In this document: piece after piece, positions 10,440 through 21,400 of the stretch
Position numbering within the stretch: the stretch's first letter is position 1
Layout of the letters: each line of letters begins with the position of its first letter
Source of the DNA: an uncultured Gammaproteobacteria bacterium
GTDB lineage: Bacteria; Patescibacteriota; Patescibacteriia; UBA1558; S5-K13
Assembly (NCBI GenBank): GCA_964424195.1
Contig: CAYRHT010000001.1
Span: forward strand, 207,542-271,541
Reading direction: 5' to 3'
DNA: 64,000 bases
Translations under genes and position numbers: made by a program
The notes under the pieces: model-generated
Seen by the model: only the letters and a program-made list of their open reading frames with translations
What the model was told of the DNA's origin: nothing
The model's database searches: none

Positions 10440-10992
10440 ATAATAATTCTAAAGTTATTCCGGTATAATGTTGCATTTGATGTCCTGTTTGTTTGTGATT
10501 ATAAATTTCTTGAAGAACTTTTTTTATTGCTGGAATTTCTTTGTGTGGAATTTTTGTTGTTGCAAGTAAATAAAGACCACTGAATATTCGACATAAGTCA
10601 TATGGAGCTAAATCTAATTCTTCTAAAGCAGTTTTATCTGTTCCGCGAATGAAATCTTTTATGGACTCATGAAACGGCTTTTTTGCTTTTCCAAGGCTTT
10701 CTATGACTTTTTGAATATATTCAGCAATATCATATTTAAATTTTTTGCAAGGATCGACAGTTTCTCTTTCTTTCATTTTCTGAAGAAATTTTTTTATTGT
10801 AGGGATTTCCTCACTTGGAATATCAGTAGTTTCGATCATATGTAATCCAGCAATTAATCTGTCTGGATGGTTACAATTACAAGGGACACAAGTCCATCCC
10901 ATTTCTTTTAATTTTTCTTTATCCTCTCCAAGAATAAAAACTATTACAGATTTGTGGAAAGGATGTTGTGCTTCTAGTTTTCCATCTTTCAT
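10438..10992 (-). CDS. Hypothetical protein with an internal duplication
   Basis: 184-aa ORF; AGGAGG SD; upstream TTGACA-N17-TAATGT; two similar PFH.S...F...T.IP..EIP.IKK.LQ units. Confidence 0.75.
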   Translation of the reverse strand: MKDGKLEAQHPFHKSVIVFILGEDKEKLKEMGWTCVPCNCNHPDRLIAGLHMIETTDIPSEEIPTIKKFLQKMKERETVDPCKKFKYDIAEYIQKVIESLGKAKKPFHESIKDFIRGTDKTALEELDLAPYDLCRIFSGLYLLATTKIPHKEIPAIKKVLQEIYNHKQTGHQMQHYTGITLELL

Positions 10993-11088
10993 TTATTCCT
11001 CCTATTTTTTTGTGATTATAAAACATTAGCTTTATTTCAGGTATTTGTCAATGTTTTAAAATTTAAAATTTAATGTTAATCTTTAAAT

Positions 11089-12300
11089 ATGATTAATAAA
11101 AATACAACACCTCTAGCAGATCGAATGCGTCCTGAAAATTTAAAGGATTTTTTTGGTCAAGACGAAATAGTGGGAAAAGATTCTTTATTAAAGAAAGCTA
11201 TTGAATCTGACCAATTACCTTCTATGCTTTTCTGGGGACCTCCGGGGAGTGGAAAAACCACTCTAGCTTTTATTATTGCTCAGAAAACTAAATCAGACTT
11301 TCTTCAAATTTCAGCAGCAACTAGTGGAATTAAAGATTTAAAAGAAGTAATTGCTAAAGCAGAAGAAAGTAAAAGATTAAAAATTCATACAATATTATTC
11401 ATAGACGAAATTCATCGCTGGAATAAGAAACAACAAGATGCTCTACTTCCTCATGTAGAGAAAGGGATTATTACTTTAATTGGAGCTACTACTGAAAATC
11501 CTAGCTTTGAAGTAGTTAGCGCTTTATTATCTCGTTGTCGAGTATTTGTTTTAAAAAGTTTAGAAAAAGAGCAATTAATTAAGATTTTAAAGAAAGCTAT
11601 TAAAGACAAAGAGAGAGGACTTGGTAATTCAGAAATGAAAGTTGCTTTACCAGTTTTAAAAATTTTAGCGAGCATGAGCAATGGTGATGCTCGAACAGCC
11701 CTGAATGTTTTAGAATATGCTACTTCTCTTTCTAAGGATAAAAAGATTAGTAAAGAAGAAATAAAAGAAGCTTTTCAGAATTCATATCTAATGTATGACA
11801 AGAATGGAGAAGAGCATTACAATATTATTTCAGCTTTGCATAAATCAATGCGTGGTTCAGATCCAGATGCTGCTTTGTATTGGTTAGCTCGGATGTTAGA
11901 AGCTGGAGAAGACCCCTTATACATTGCCAGAAGAGTAGTTAGATTTGCTTCTGAAGATATTGGTTTAGCTAATTCTAGAGCTTTAGAACAAGCTGTATCA
12001 GCTTACCAAGCTTGTCATTTTATTGGCATGCCAGAATGTAATGTAATTCTAGCTCAAGCTGTAGTATATATGGCGAAGTGTAAGAAATCTAATGACTTAT
12101 ACTCTGCCTATCAAAAAGTAGCTCAGGATATCAAAGAATATGGTAATTTACCGGTTCCTTTACATATTCGTAATGCTCCTACTAAATTAATGAAGGAGTT
12201 AAATTATGGTAAAGGCTATAAGTATAGTCCTGATCATAATTATCAAGAAAAGCAAGAATATCTTCCAGAGAAATTAAAGAATAAGAAATATTTGAAATAA
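11089..12300 (+). CDS. rarA: Replication-associated recombination protein A (MgsA)
   Basis: PLADRMRP, GPPGSGKTT, ATTENPSF, ISALHKSMRGSDPDAA. Confidence 0.97.
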   Translation: MINKNTTPLADRMRPENLKDFFGQDEIVGKDSLLKKAIESDQLPSMLFWGPPGSGKTTLAFIIAQKTKSDFLQISAATSGIKDLKEVIAKAEESKRLKIHTILFIDEIHRWNKKQQDALLPHVEKGIITLIGATTENPSFEVVSALLSRCRVFVLKSLEKEQLIKILKKAIKDKERGLGNSEMKVALPVLKILASMSNGDARTALNVLEYATSLSKDKKISKEEIKEAFQNSYLMYDKNGEEHYNIISALHKSMRGSDPDAALYWLARMLEAGEDPLYIARRVVRFASEDIGLANSRALEQAVSAYQACHFIGMPECNVILAQAVVYMAKCKKSNDLYSAYQKVAQDIKEYGNLPVPLHIRNAPTKLMKELNYGKGYKYSPDHNYQEKQEYLPEKLKNKKYLK

Positions 12301-12331
12301 AAAAAGAAGGGATACGTTATTGTATCCCTTC
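12301..12331. terminator. Terminator hairpin between convergent genes
   Basis: GAAGGGATAC-loop-GTATCCCTTC with an upstream A run. Confidence 0.65.
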
Positions 12332-12363
12332 AGTGTTTGTATTTCTTTTTTGGCAAACAGGGC

Positions 12364-12849
12364 CTAGAGAAATTCCGTAACACCTATTAACATTTCATTC
12401 TTTTCAACTACACGTTCTTCTTTGCCGATTTCATTTTTTGCTTTAGAGTTCGTATTATTTCCGGCTGCTTCTTCTTTTTCTGCTACATAGCTTGTTTCAG
12501 AAGAGGGTAGCTTTAGGATAAGCACTCTTTGTAACTGTTTTTCAAAATAAATACCTTTTTGGATATTTTTTTGCTCAAGAATTCCGATTTCATCATAACG
12601 ATTACTTTTTGCCTTTTCATCGTTGCTGATAGCTTCATTAAATTCATTTTTAGCTTTAGTGTTAGGATTTGCATTGATCATTGTTGTTTCTACGGATGCA
12701 CCTAATAAGACAACCACCTGCCCATTATTATTTGCATCACCTTGCTTTTGGTTTTGAACAATTGTTCCGTCTTGATCTCCTACGATCGCATTAGCTGTTA
12801 AAGAAATGAACAGTAATGCTAATAGAACAATGAATAGTTTCTTTCCCAT
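12364..12849 (-). CDS. Secreted hypothetical protein
   Basis: Signal peptide ending ANA; AGGAGG SD; repeated N.N.KAKNE motif; upstream TTGACA-N17-AATAAT. Confidence 0.7.
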   Translation of the reverse strand: MGKKLFIVLLALLFISLTANAIVGDQDGTIVQNQKQGDANNNGQVVVLLGASVETTMINANPNTKAKNEFNEAISNDEKAKSNRYDEIGILEQKNIQKGIYFEKQLQRVLILKLPSSETSYVAEKEEAAGNNTNSKAKNEIGKEERVVEKNEMLIGVTEFL

Positions 12850-13080
12850 TTTTCCTCCTTTATTACAGAAAAGATGTGTGATTTGTAAAATTCACTTTTC
12901 ATGATCCTCCAAATTAGATAGAGGTCCGATTTGAACACATTTTTGTTTGATTTTTCCTTTTTGTATATTAATTATTACTTTTATTCTAATTCTTGTCAAT
13001 TTGTATTATATTAACTTTGCTATAAAATTATTTTTTAGATATAATTAAGTTAATATAGTATTAAATAATATTTAAGAATC

Positions 13081-13458
13081 ATGGATCTTAAAAAATTTTT
13101 GTTATCTATGACTTTTGCAACCTTACTTTGTTGGTTTGGTTTTTTCATGGTCATTCTTTTTATCAGTCCTCAGGAAATAGGGTTTTTAACTTTTTTGTTA
13201 TTCTATTTAATCCTAGCTTTAGCTGTTATTGGAACCCTAACAATTTTAGGATTTTTACTACGAAAATTATTTAATAGGAAGGAATTAGCTTTTGAACATA
13301 TTATTGTTTCTTTCCGACAAGCTATTTGGTTGAGTTTAATCTTAATCATTTCCTTGTATCTACAGTCTCAGCAATTACTAGCTTGGTGGAACGCTATACT
13401 ATTAGTTTTAGGATTAGGTTTGATTGAGTTTTTCTATTTAGGACATAATGAAAAATAA
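13081..13458 (+). CDS. 4-TM membrane protein
   Basis: Four hydrophobic segments; SFRQ motif; directly upstream of pheS. Confidence 0.75.
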   Translation: MDLKKFLLSMTFATLLCWFGFFMVILFISPQEIGFLTFLLFYLILALAVIGTLTILGFLLRKLFNRKELAFEHIIVSFRQAIWLSLILIISLYLQSQQLLAWWNAILLVLGLGLIEFFYLGHNEK

Positions 13459-14503
13459 ATATATGAAAGATAAATTAATTGAAATTAAGGAAAAAGTTTT
13501 ACGAGAGATTAAGGAAATTAATCTTCCCGAAGAGTTGGAAAAACTAGAAAAGAATTATTTAGGTCGGAAAGGTGAATTTACTAAATTAATTAAGAGTGTT
13601 AAAGATTTAGCTGAAGAACAACGACCAGTAATGGGAAAATTTGCTAATGAAATGAAAGTTGAATTAGAAGGTGCCTTTTCAGAAATTAAAAAGAATATTA
13701 ATACTGGTTTAGAAAAGACTAAGGATTTTGTATCTAGTTTTGATCCTACTTTACAATCTCGAAAAAAAGAATTAGGACATCTTCATCCGAGTACTATTAT
13801 TCAAAATGAAGTGGTAGAAATTTTTTCTTCCATGGGCTTTTCAGTTTTAGATGGTCCAGAATTAGAATCAGAATTCTATAACTTCGAAGCTTTAAATATT
13901 CCCCAGACTCATCCAGCCCGAGATATGCAAGATACTTTTTTTGTAGATAAGGATAAAGAAATTAAAGATCCTAATAAGTTTGTAATGCGGACTCATACTT
14001 CTAATCAACAAGTACGAGCTATTGAAGAATTAGGAACACCTCTCAGAGCTATTTTTCCAGGAAAGTGTTTTCGAAATGAAGCTACTGATGCTTCTCATGA
14101 TAATACTTTCTATCAACTAGAAGGTTTAATGATTGATAAGAATATATCTATTGCTAACTTAGTAGCTGTAATGAATACTTTGTTATCAAGGGTTTTTGAA
14201 AAAGATGTAAAAACTAGATTAAGACCAGGTTATTTTCCATTTGTAGAACCAGGTTTTGAATTAGATTTTTCTTGTGTAATTTGTAGTGGAAAAGGTTGCT
14301 CGGTTTGTGGAGATGGTTGGGTAGAATTAATTCCCTGTGGTTTAGTTCATCCAGAAGTTTTAAAAGCTGGTGGTCTTGATCCAAAAGAGTGGAGTGGTTT
14401 TGCTTTTGGTATGGGTATGACTAGATTAGTAATGATGAAGTATGGAATTGATGATATCAGATTATTACAATCTGGTGATTTGCGATTTACTAAACAATTT
14501 TAA
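13448..14503 (+). CDS. pheS: Phenylalanine-tRNA ligase alpha subunit (true start may be 13463)
   Basis: HPARDMQDTF, RTHTS, YFPFVEP, GFAFGMG. Confidence 0.97.
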   Translation: MKNKYMKDKLIEIKEKVLREIKEINLPEELEKLEKNYLGRKGEFTKLIKSVKDLAEEQRPVMGKFANEMKVELEGAFSEIKKNINTGLEKTKDFVSSFDPTLQSRKKELGHLHPSTIIQNEVVEIFSSMGFSVLDGPELESEFYNFEALNIPQTHPARDMQDTFFVDKDKEIKDPNKFVMRTHTSNQQVRAIEELGTPLRAIFPGKCFRNEATDASHDNTFYQLEGLMIDKNISIANLVAVMNTLLSRVFEKDVKTRLRPGYFPFVEPGFELDFSCVICSGKGCSVCGDGWVELIPCGLVHPEVLKAGGLDPKEWSGFAFGMGMTRLVMMKYGIDDIRLLQSGDLRFTKQF

Positions 14504-14515
14504 ATTAGATAAATT

Positions 14516-16939
14516 ATGAATATATCTCTTAAGTGGTTAAAATCATATGTAGAAATTCCTAAGGAAATTTCAGCTGAAGAATTGGCTGAGAGAATTACGA
14601 TGTCTATTGTAGAAGTTGAGGGAATTATTAAACAAGCTGATAATTCAGAAGGAATTGTAGTAGCTCAGGTTAAAGAAATTAACAAACATCCAGATGCTGA
14701 TAAATTACAAGTCTGTAGTGTTGATGCTGGTAAAAAAGGATCCTTTAAAGTTGTTTGTGGTGGTAATAATCTCCGGAAAGATATGATTGTAGCTTTAGCT
14801 ATGGTTGGTAGTCAAGTTAGATGGCACGGTGAAGGAGATTTAGTTACTTTAGAAAAAGCTAAGATTAGGGGAGTAGAGTCCGAAGGAATGATTTGCGCTG
14901 CGGAAGAAATTGGATTAGCAAAGAAATATAATATTGAAGGTGGAATTGTTGATTTAGAATTAAATACTTCAGCTGTAGGGAATAATATTTCTGAAGCTCT
15001 AGATTTAAATGATGTTATTTTTGAAATTGATAATAAGTCTTTAACTAATCGACCAGATTTATGGGGACATTATGGAATAGCTAGAGAAATTTCAGCATTA
15101 TTAAATATTCGTTTTAAACCTTTAATATTTTCATCAAAATTAAAGATAAAAAAGAAGCATAAATTACATATTGATATTGAAGATCGAAAAGCTTGTCGAA
15201 GATATTTGGGAGTTGTTATGGATAAAATTAAAATAGGTCCTTCTCCAGATTGGTTGACAAAAAGATTAGAAGGTGTTGGTGTAAAATCAATTAATAATAT
15301 AGTAGATATTACTAATTTTGTAATGATGGAGATGGGACAGCCCTTACATGCTTTTGATTTGAGAGATATTAAAGATAATCGAATTATTGTCAGAAAAGCT
15401 CAAGCCGGAGAGAAATTTATTACCCTTGATGAAGAAGAGAGAAACTTAAATACTGATGACCTATTAATCTGTGATGGAGCTAAGGGAGTAGCTCTAGCTG
15501 GAATCATGGGTGGTTTAAATAGTGAAATTAAAGAGGATACTACTAGAATTTTAATAGAATCTGCTAATTTTGAGCCAAGCAGAATTAGAAAAACTTCAGT
15601 GCGAACTGGTTTACGAACAGAGTCTAGTGCTCGTTTTGAAAAGAATCTAGATGTTAATTTAGCTGAAGAGGCAATCAAGAGAGCTATTGAATTAATTCAA
15701 CAATTAAATGTTGATAGTATTATTGCTAGTAAATTAATTGATCGAGATTATTCTCAACAAGAGAAGATTAAAATTAATTTAAATTTAGAATTTATAAACA
15801 AAAAGATAGGACAAGTTATTCCTAAAAAAACTATTATTAATATTTTAACTAGTTTAGGATTTATTATTAAAGAAAAGAAAGAAGAACTAGAAGTAGAAGT
15901 TCCTAGTTATCGAAGTACTGGTGATATTAATATTCCTGAAGATTTAATTGAAGAAATTGCTCGGATTTATGGTTATGACAATATTAAAGTCAAAGAGCCT
16001 CAGATTAAATTAACTCCAGCTCTAAAAGACAGGATTTTGCTAGTAGAAAAGAATATTAGAGACTTTATGTCTGCTGGATTAGCATACAATGAAGTATATA
16101 ATTATTCTATGGTTTCTGAAGATGATATTCAGAAAGTATATGGTAGTAAGAAAGACTATATTGGAATAAAAAATGCGGTTTCTAAAAATTTAAAATATTT
16201 AAGAAATAGTTTGTTAATTGGATTTTTAAATAATGTTAGTGATAATTTAAGATATTTTAAATCTTTCAAAACATTTGAAATAGGAAGAGTATTTAATTTA
16301 GAACAGGGAGATTTTAAAATTTCTAAAGATTCTAGTGAGTTTTTACCAAGTCAGGATAAAATACTATCCTTTGTGTCAGTAGGTGATGATAGCTTTTTGT
16401 CTTTCAAAGGAGACGTAGAAGCAATGTTAAATGAAATGAATATTAAATATACTAGTACTATTACTGAGAGTAGCTCTTTGCTTAAGGGTCAGGCCTTAGA
16501 ATATCTAGTAGATGATGAAGTTATTGGTGTAATGGGAGAAATTGATGCTCAGCTTCTTAATAATTTTAATATTAACGCTAAAGTACTTTATGCTGAATTT
16601 AATGTTTCTAAGTTTTTGAAATATGTTCAAGACTCTAAAAAATACAAAGCATTGTCTAAATATCCAAAGATGGTTCAAGATATTTCTATGACAATTCCAA
16701 ATAGTGTTCAATGGCAGGATGTAGAACAGAAGATTAACGCTATTTCTTCTTTAATTACAGAAGTAGAACTATTTGATATCTATGAAAACAAAGAAAAAGA
16801 AGAAAAAGAGCGTTCTTTAGCTTTCCATATTACTTTTCATGATCTAAAGAAAACTCTCACCAGTAAAGAGGTTGATAAATTAATGAAACAAGTTAGAGAA
16901 ATGTTAGTTAAGGATTTTAAAGTTAAAATAAGAGAATAA
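14516..16939 (+). CDS. pheT: Phenylalanine-tRNA ligase beta subunit
   Basis: HPDADKL, NRPDL, GQPLHAFD, DLIEEIARIYGY. Confidence 0.97.
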   Translation: MNISLKWLKSYVEIPKEISAEELAERITMSIVEVEGIIKQADNSEGIVVAQVKEINKHPDADKLQVCSVDAGKKGSFKVVCGGNNLRKDMIVALAMVGSQVRWHGEGDLVTLEKAKIRGVESEGMICAAEEIGLAKKYNIEGGIVDLELNTSAVGNNISEALDLNDVIFEIDNKSLTNRPDLWGHYGIAREISALLNIRFKPLIFSSKLKIKKKHKLHIDIEDRKACRRYLGVVMDKIKIGPSPDWLTKRLEGVGVKSINNIVDITNFVMMEMGQPLHAFDLRDIKDNRIIVRKAQAGEKFITLDEEERNLNTDDLLICDGAKGVALAGIMGGLNSEIKEDTTRILIESANFEPSRIRKTSVRTGLRTESSARFEKNLDVNLAEEAIKRAIELIQQLNVDSIIASKLIDRDYSQQEKIKINLNLEFINKKIGQVIPKKTIINILTSLGFIIKEKKEELEVEVPSYRSTGDINIPEDLIEEIARIYGYDNIKVKEPQIKLTPALKDRILLVEKNIRDFMSAGLAYNEVYNYSMVSEDDIQKVYGSKKDYIGIKNAVSKNLKYLRNSLLIGFLNNVSDNLRYFKSFKTFEIGRVFNLEQGDFKISKDSSEFLPSQDKILSFVSVGDDSFLSFKGDVEAMLNEMNIKYTSTITESSSLLKGQALEYLVDDEVIGVMGEIDAQLLNNFNINAKVLYAEFNVSKFLKYVQDSKKYKALSKYPKMVQDISMTIPNSVQWQDVEQKINAISSLITEVELFDIYENKEKEEKERSLAFHITFHDLKKTLTSKEVDKLMKQVREMLVKDFKVKIRE

Positions 16940-16953
16940 ATAAAAATAAAAAT

Positions 16954-17316
16954 ATGTATGAAATTAAAAAGATTTTTCCAGCTTCTCTAGCTAAATATTC
17001 TGCCATTATGGTAGCGATGACAGTTTTAATCTTAGGATTAATTAATTTCCTTTTAAATCTATTAGGAATTGGAGTCCAATATGGTATCCCTTGGGATCAG
17101 CAATTAACTAGTTTGTTAGCTAGTGTAATCTTCTTTGCTATCCTTTTCTATATCATCGGTTACATCTTTGCTTTAATATATAATTCAGTAACTTTTAAAG
17201 CTAAGGGAGTAATGATTGAGTTTAAATTAGCTGATCAAGAACTTTTAAAAGAGATTAAGAAAGAGGAAAAGAAAGAGGAAAAGAAAGAGGAACAAGAAGA
17301 TAAATTTGTAGTTTAA
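16954..17316 (+). CDS. Small membrane protein with charged tail
   Basis: Two TM helices; KKEE repeats. Confidence 0.7.
   Translation: MYEIKKIFPASLAKYSAIMVAMTVLILGLINFLLNLLGIGVQYGIPWDQQLTSLLASVIFFAILFYIIGYIFALIYNSVTFKAKGVMIEFKLADQELLKEIKKEEKKEEKKEEQEDKFVV
17257..17292 (+). repeat. 12-bp perfect tandem repeat x3, in frame (KKEE)
   Basis: AAGAAAGAGGAA x3. Confidence 0.9.
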
Positions 17317-17341
17317 AATTTAATAAAATAAAAATAAAAAA

Positions 17342-18247
17342 ATGAATTTAAATTATATTTTAACAGTATCCTTAGTTTTAATAATTATTATAGTTTGGTA
17401 TCTTTTTAAAGCTAATAAATCAAGTACTAAATTATCAGGAAATATCATTAGTAAATTTACTATTAATCTAACTGATTTAGCTCGAGATCAGAAGTTAGAC
17501 CCAGTAATTGGTAGAGAGAGTGAAATTAAAAGAGTTGTTCAAATTCTTTCTCGAAGAAAAAAGAATAATGCTATTCTTTTAGGTAAGGCTGGAATTGGTA
17601 AAACTGCTATTGTGGAAGGTTTAGCAATGGCTATTGTCAAACATCAAGTTCCTAGTTCTTTGTCAGATAAAGAAGTTTTAAAGATTGATATGTCTTCTAT
17701 TCTAGCTGGTACTAAATATAGAGGAGAGTTTGAAAACAGGTTTAAAACTCTAGTAGACACTATTATTGCAATGAACAAAAAGTTCATTGTTTTTATTGAT
17801 GAAATTCATACTATTGTTCAAGCTGGAGGAGCAGAGGGAGCAATTGATGCTGATGATATTATTAAACCACCTTTAGCTAGAGGAGAATTACAAATGATTG
17901 GTACTACAACTACCAAAGAGTTTAAAGAATTTATCCAACCAGATGTTACCTTAACTAGAAGATTTGAAGCTTTAGAAGTGTCTGAACCGAATAAAGTTCA
18001 AACTATTAAAATATTACAAGGTATAAAGAAAGAATATGAAGATTATCACCGAGTTGTTATTTCAGATGAGATAGTTAAGAAAATAGTTGAATTTTCTATT
18101 AAGATTAAGAACAAGACTTTTCCAGATAAAGCTATTGATATTATGGATGAAGTTTGTGCTAAGGTTAGATTAGATAATGTTAATAGTAATAAGGTTGTAA
18201 AAATTACTAACAAAGACTTAATAGAAGTTTTAAAGTTTTTTAAATAA
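17342..18247 (+). CDS. Membrane-anchored ClpA/B/C-like AAA+ protein, first nucleotide-binding domain only
   Basis: N-terminal TM; LDPVIGRE, GKAGIGKT, FIDEIH, RRF, FPDKAIDIMDE; ends with no second AAA domain. Confidence 0.85.
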   Translation: MNLNYILTVSLVLIIIIVWYLFKANKSSTKLSGNIISKFTINLTDLARDQKLDPVIGRESEIKRVVQILSRRKKNNAILLGKAGIGKTAIVEGLAMAIVKHQVPSSLSDKEVLKIDMSSILAGTKYRGEFENRFKTLVDTIIAMNKKFIVFIDEIHTIVQAGGAEGAIDADDIIKPPLARGELQMIGTTTTKEFKEFIQPDVTLTRRFEALEVSEPNKVQTIKILQGIKKEYEDYHRVVISDEIVKKIVEFSIKIKNKTFPDKAIDIMDEVCAKVRLDNVNSNKVVKITNKDLIEVLKFFK

Positions 18248-18253
18248 CATTTT

Positions 18254-18427
18254 ATGTCAGAAAGCGTAGAAAACAAAAAAGATGATATTAAAACAAAACA
18301 GAAAATTTCTAAGAAAGTTAAAGTTTTGTTATTAGTAGTTTTAACTTTTGCTTCTATAGGAATATTTTTAATTTTAAATATATTATCTCAGGGTAATTTT
18401 TGGGGAGATTTAATTAATAAGTTTTAA
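18254..18427 (+). CDS. Small single-TM protein (57 aa, not in ORF track)
   Basis: MSESVENKKDDIKTKQKISKKVKVLLLVVLTFASIGIFLILNILSQGNFWGDLINKF; fills the gap between two genes. Confidence 0.55.
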   Translation: MSESVENKKDDIKTKQKISKKVKVLLLVVLTFASIGIFLILNILSQGNFWGDLINKF

Positions 18428-18431
18428 TAAG

Positions 18432-21400
18432 ATGAAACGAGAGAAAAATACATCTGAGATTACTACTAAAGTAACTCAAAGAGTAGCAACTAAGACTAAA
18501 GTTTTAGTAGGTATGGTTATGGGTTTAGCGATAGTAGGAATGTTGGGGTTTGCTAGTATGGCTTTTGAAAATGTTAAAAAGTTTACTATAGAAGGTGATA
18601 TTCAAGTTCAGTCAGAGGAAAAGGGATATTTTGTAAATCAAGATATGGATCCTTATAGCAGCTTTGATAGTTCAGGTCAATATATGACGAACGGAAGTTT
18701 TAATGATAGAGAGGAAAAGGAATTGAATATTGAAGAAATTCAAAAGGCTTTAGAGAAAAAAGGAACATTATGGCAAGGAATTGAAAATAGAATTTTTAAA
18801 TTGAATAAAGAAAAAAGAGGAAACCTTTTAGGTTTACAAATAATAGAAGAAGAATTAAGAGAAGCTAAACAAAGAGAAAGAAATCAAGTAGGGTCGAGAG
18901 ATGGTGAATTGCCTGATTTTTTTGATTGGAGAGATTTGCATGGCGGTTTAGATTATACGACTCCTGTTAGAGATCAGGGAAGTTGTGGTTCTTGCTGGGC
19001 TTTTGGAGCTTTAGGAGCTTTAGAAGCTGGAATAGAAGCTTATTATAATAATCCTAATTTAAATATTGATTTATCTGAACAAGATTTAGTTTCTTGTTAT
19101 TTAGGAGACGGATGTTTTGGTGCTTATGCAAGTGAAGTCGAATCATTATTTAATAATTATTTTCAAGACATAGGAGTTGCTAATGAAAGTTGTTTTCCAT
19201 ATACAGCGACTAATAACGATTGTGAAAATAAATGTTCTGATTGGCAAAATGAAGCTTGGATTACTACCTCTTATGAAAATGTAGAATTGACAGTTGATGC
19301 TATAAAAACAGCTTTAATAGAGAACGGACCCTTAGAAGTTGGAATGGAAGTTTATGCTGATTTCCTTTCTTATAATAATGGAATATATCATCATGTTACT
19401 GGTGGTCTCTTAGGTTATCATGCGGTTTTAATTGTTGGTTTTGGTGTTTATGATGGAATGGATTACTGGATTGTTAAAAATTCTTGGGGAGAAGATTGGG
19501 GCGATAATGGATATTTTAAAATTTTAACAGGAGACTCAATGATAGATTCTTGGTTTGCTTATGGTATAAATATACCAGAACAATTAATAGGAGATAGTCC
19601 AGAAAGACTATGTGTAGATCAAGATGAAGATGGTTATTGTTATTGGGGTTTAGGTGATATGCCAAGTACTTGTTCTTCTACTTGTATTTTAGATATTTCG
19701 GATTGTAATGATGCTAATGGAGGAATGTTTGAAGATTGTGGGCAAAATACAGAAGTTATTGGATTTTTAAATATTATATCTGAACCGTCTGATGCTGAAG
19801 TTTATATTAAAGACTTAGATTCTAATAATTGGATTCATCGAGGGAATACACCTTTGGAGTTTAAATTAAATGTTGGAGAAAGAGAAATAAAAATTAGAAA
19901 ATTTGGGTACTTTGAATCAATTACAATTATAGATGTCGAAGAAGGGATGACTGATGAGCTATTTATAGAATTAGAACATGATTCTCAATTTCAAGAAGGA
20001 TGGCCAGTTCAAATAACTACTGCTTATCCCAATGAGTCTAGATATGGTGGAGCTTTTTCTGTTTCTGATTTAAATAATGATGGAGCTAAAGAAACAGTTG
20101 TTATTACAACTACGCATGATATTAATACTCCATACTATGCGGATTCAGTTTATGTTATTAATTCAAATGGTGAATTTATGCCAGGTTGGCCAAAAACTTT
20201 ACCTGAAGATGGTTATGTAAGAGAAAGTGCCACACTAGCAGATTTAGATGGTGATGGTGATAAAGAAATAATAATTTTAGCTAGATATGGTTTTAATAGT
20301 CCTAATTGGCCAAACAGTTATATTCAGATTTATAATCACGATGGTACAGATTTTCCTGGATGGCCAAGATTAATAAATCCATCTAATCAAGTAGTTAGGG
20401 TTAGTGTTGCGGATATTAATCTAGATGGAAATTTAGATATAATTGCTGGTTCAGGATCAAGTTATGGTACTGTAATATCTTGTGATTTTAATGAAGATTG
20501 TGAGCCTGCAGGTGTTTGTAATTATGGGTATTGTATGGATATTTATAGAGAAGTATATGCTTTTAACTATGATGGTACAAACTTAACTGGATGGCCAATT
20601 GAGTTTGAAATTCCATATATTCCAAGAAGTTCACCTGTCTTGACTAATTTGGATGATGATCCAGAACTAGAAGTTATTATAACTGCATTTCATTCAATTG
20701 ATAATCCAAATACTCAAACCCATTATGTTTATGCATTTAATCATGATAGTACTATTGTTGATGGTTTTCCTTATTCACTTGATAATTATTGGGGATGGAC
20801 TATAATCTCAGGAGATGTAAATAATGATGGACTTAATGAAATAGTTACACAAAAAGGACCTATAACAAATAATGGAGAAAGTATGTATTGGGAAAACACA
20901 TCCACTAAGATGTACTCAGTAAGTATGGCAAATGTTAACAACAACTACAACTTAGAAATATTATATGGAGATGCGGACGGTAAAGCTTATTTAGTTGATC
21001 ATGAAGGGAATAATTTAACTGGATGGCCAATTGATCAACCTGAAGATAATATATATGCAGACGGAACTCCTATTGTAGCAGACTTATTTGGGGATAATCA
21101 AAAAGAAATAATTATTTCTTGGTGGTCATATACTGGCGAGAAACCAGGTTTGTATGTTTATAATTTAGATGGAACTCTTGTTGAAGGATTTCCTAAATTT
21201 GAGGGATTGGTGTCTATATATTCGTCTATTGTAAATGATATAGACAATGATGGAGATTTAGAATTAATAGCAGTATCTAGTAATGGACAGGATATACTTG
21301 TTCTCGATTTAGATAAGGAATATGATCCTTTAACAATTGAATGGTCACAATTTCAACATGATGCTCAATATACTGGAAATTATAATTTTGAAAGATGTTC

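Noticed and set aside
12819-12902. Possible 27-aa upstream ORF on the minus strand with GGAGG
   Set aside because: SD spacing is only 3 nt and it overlaps the main gene; unsupported.
17257-17292. Short tandem repeat as a CRISPR or contingency locus
   Set aside because: In-frame 12-mer with no spacers; no CRISPR array or cas gene was seen in the window.
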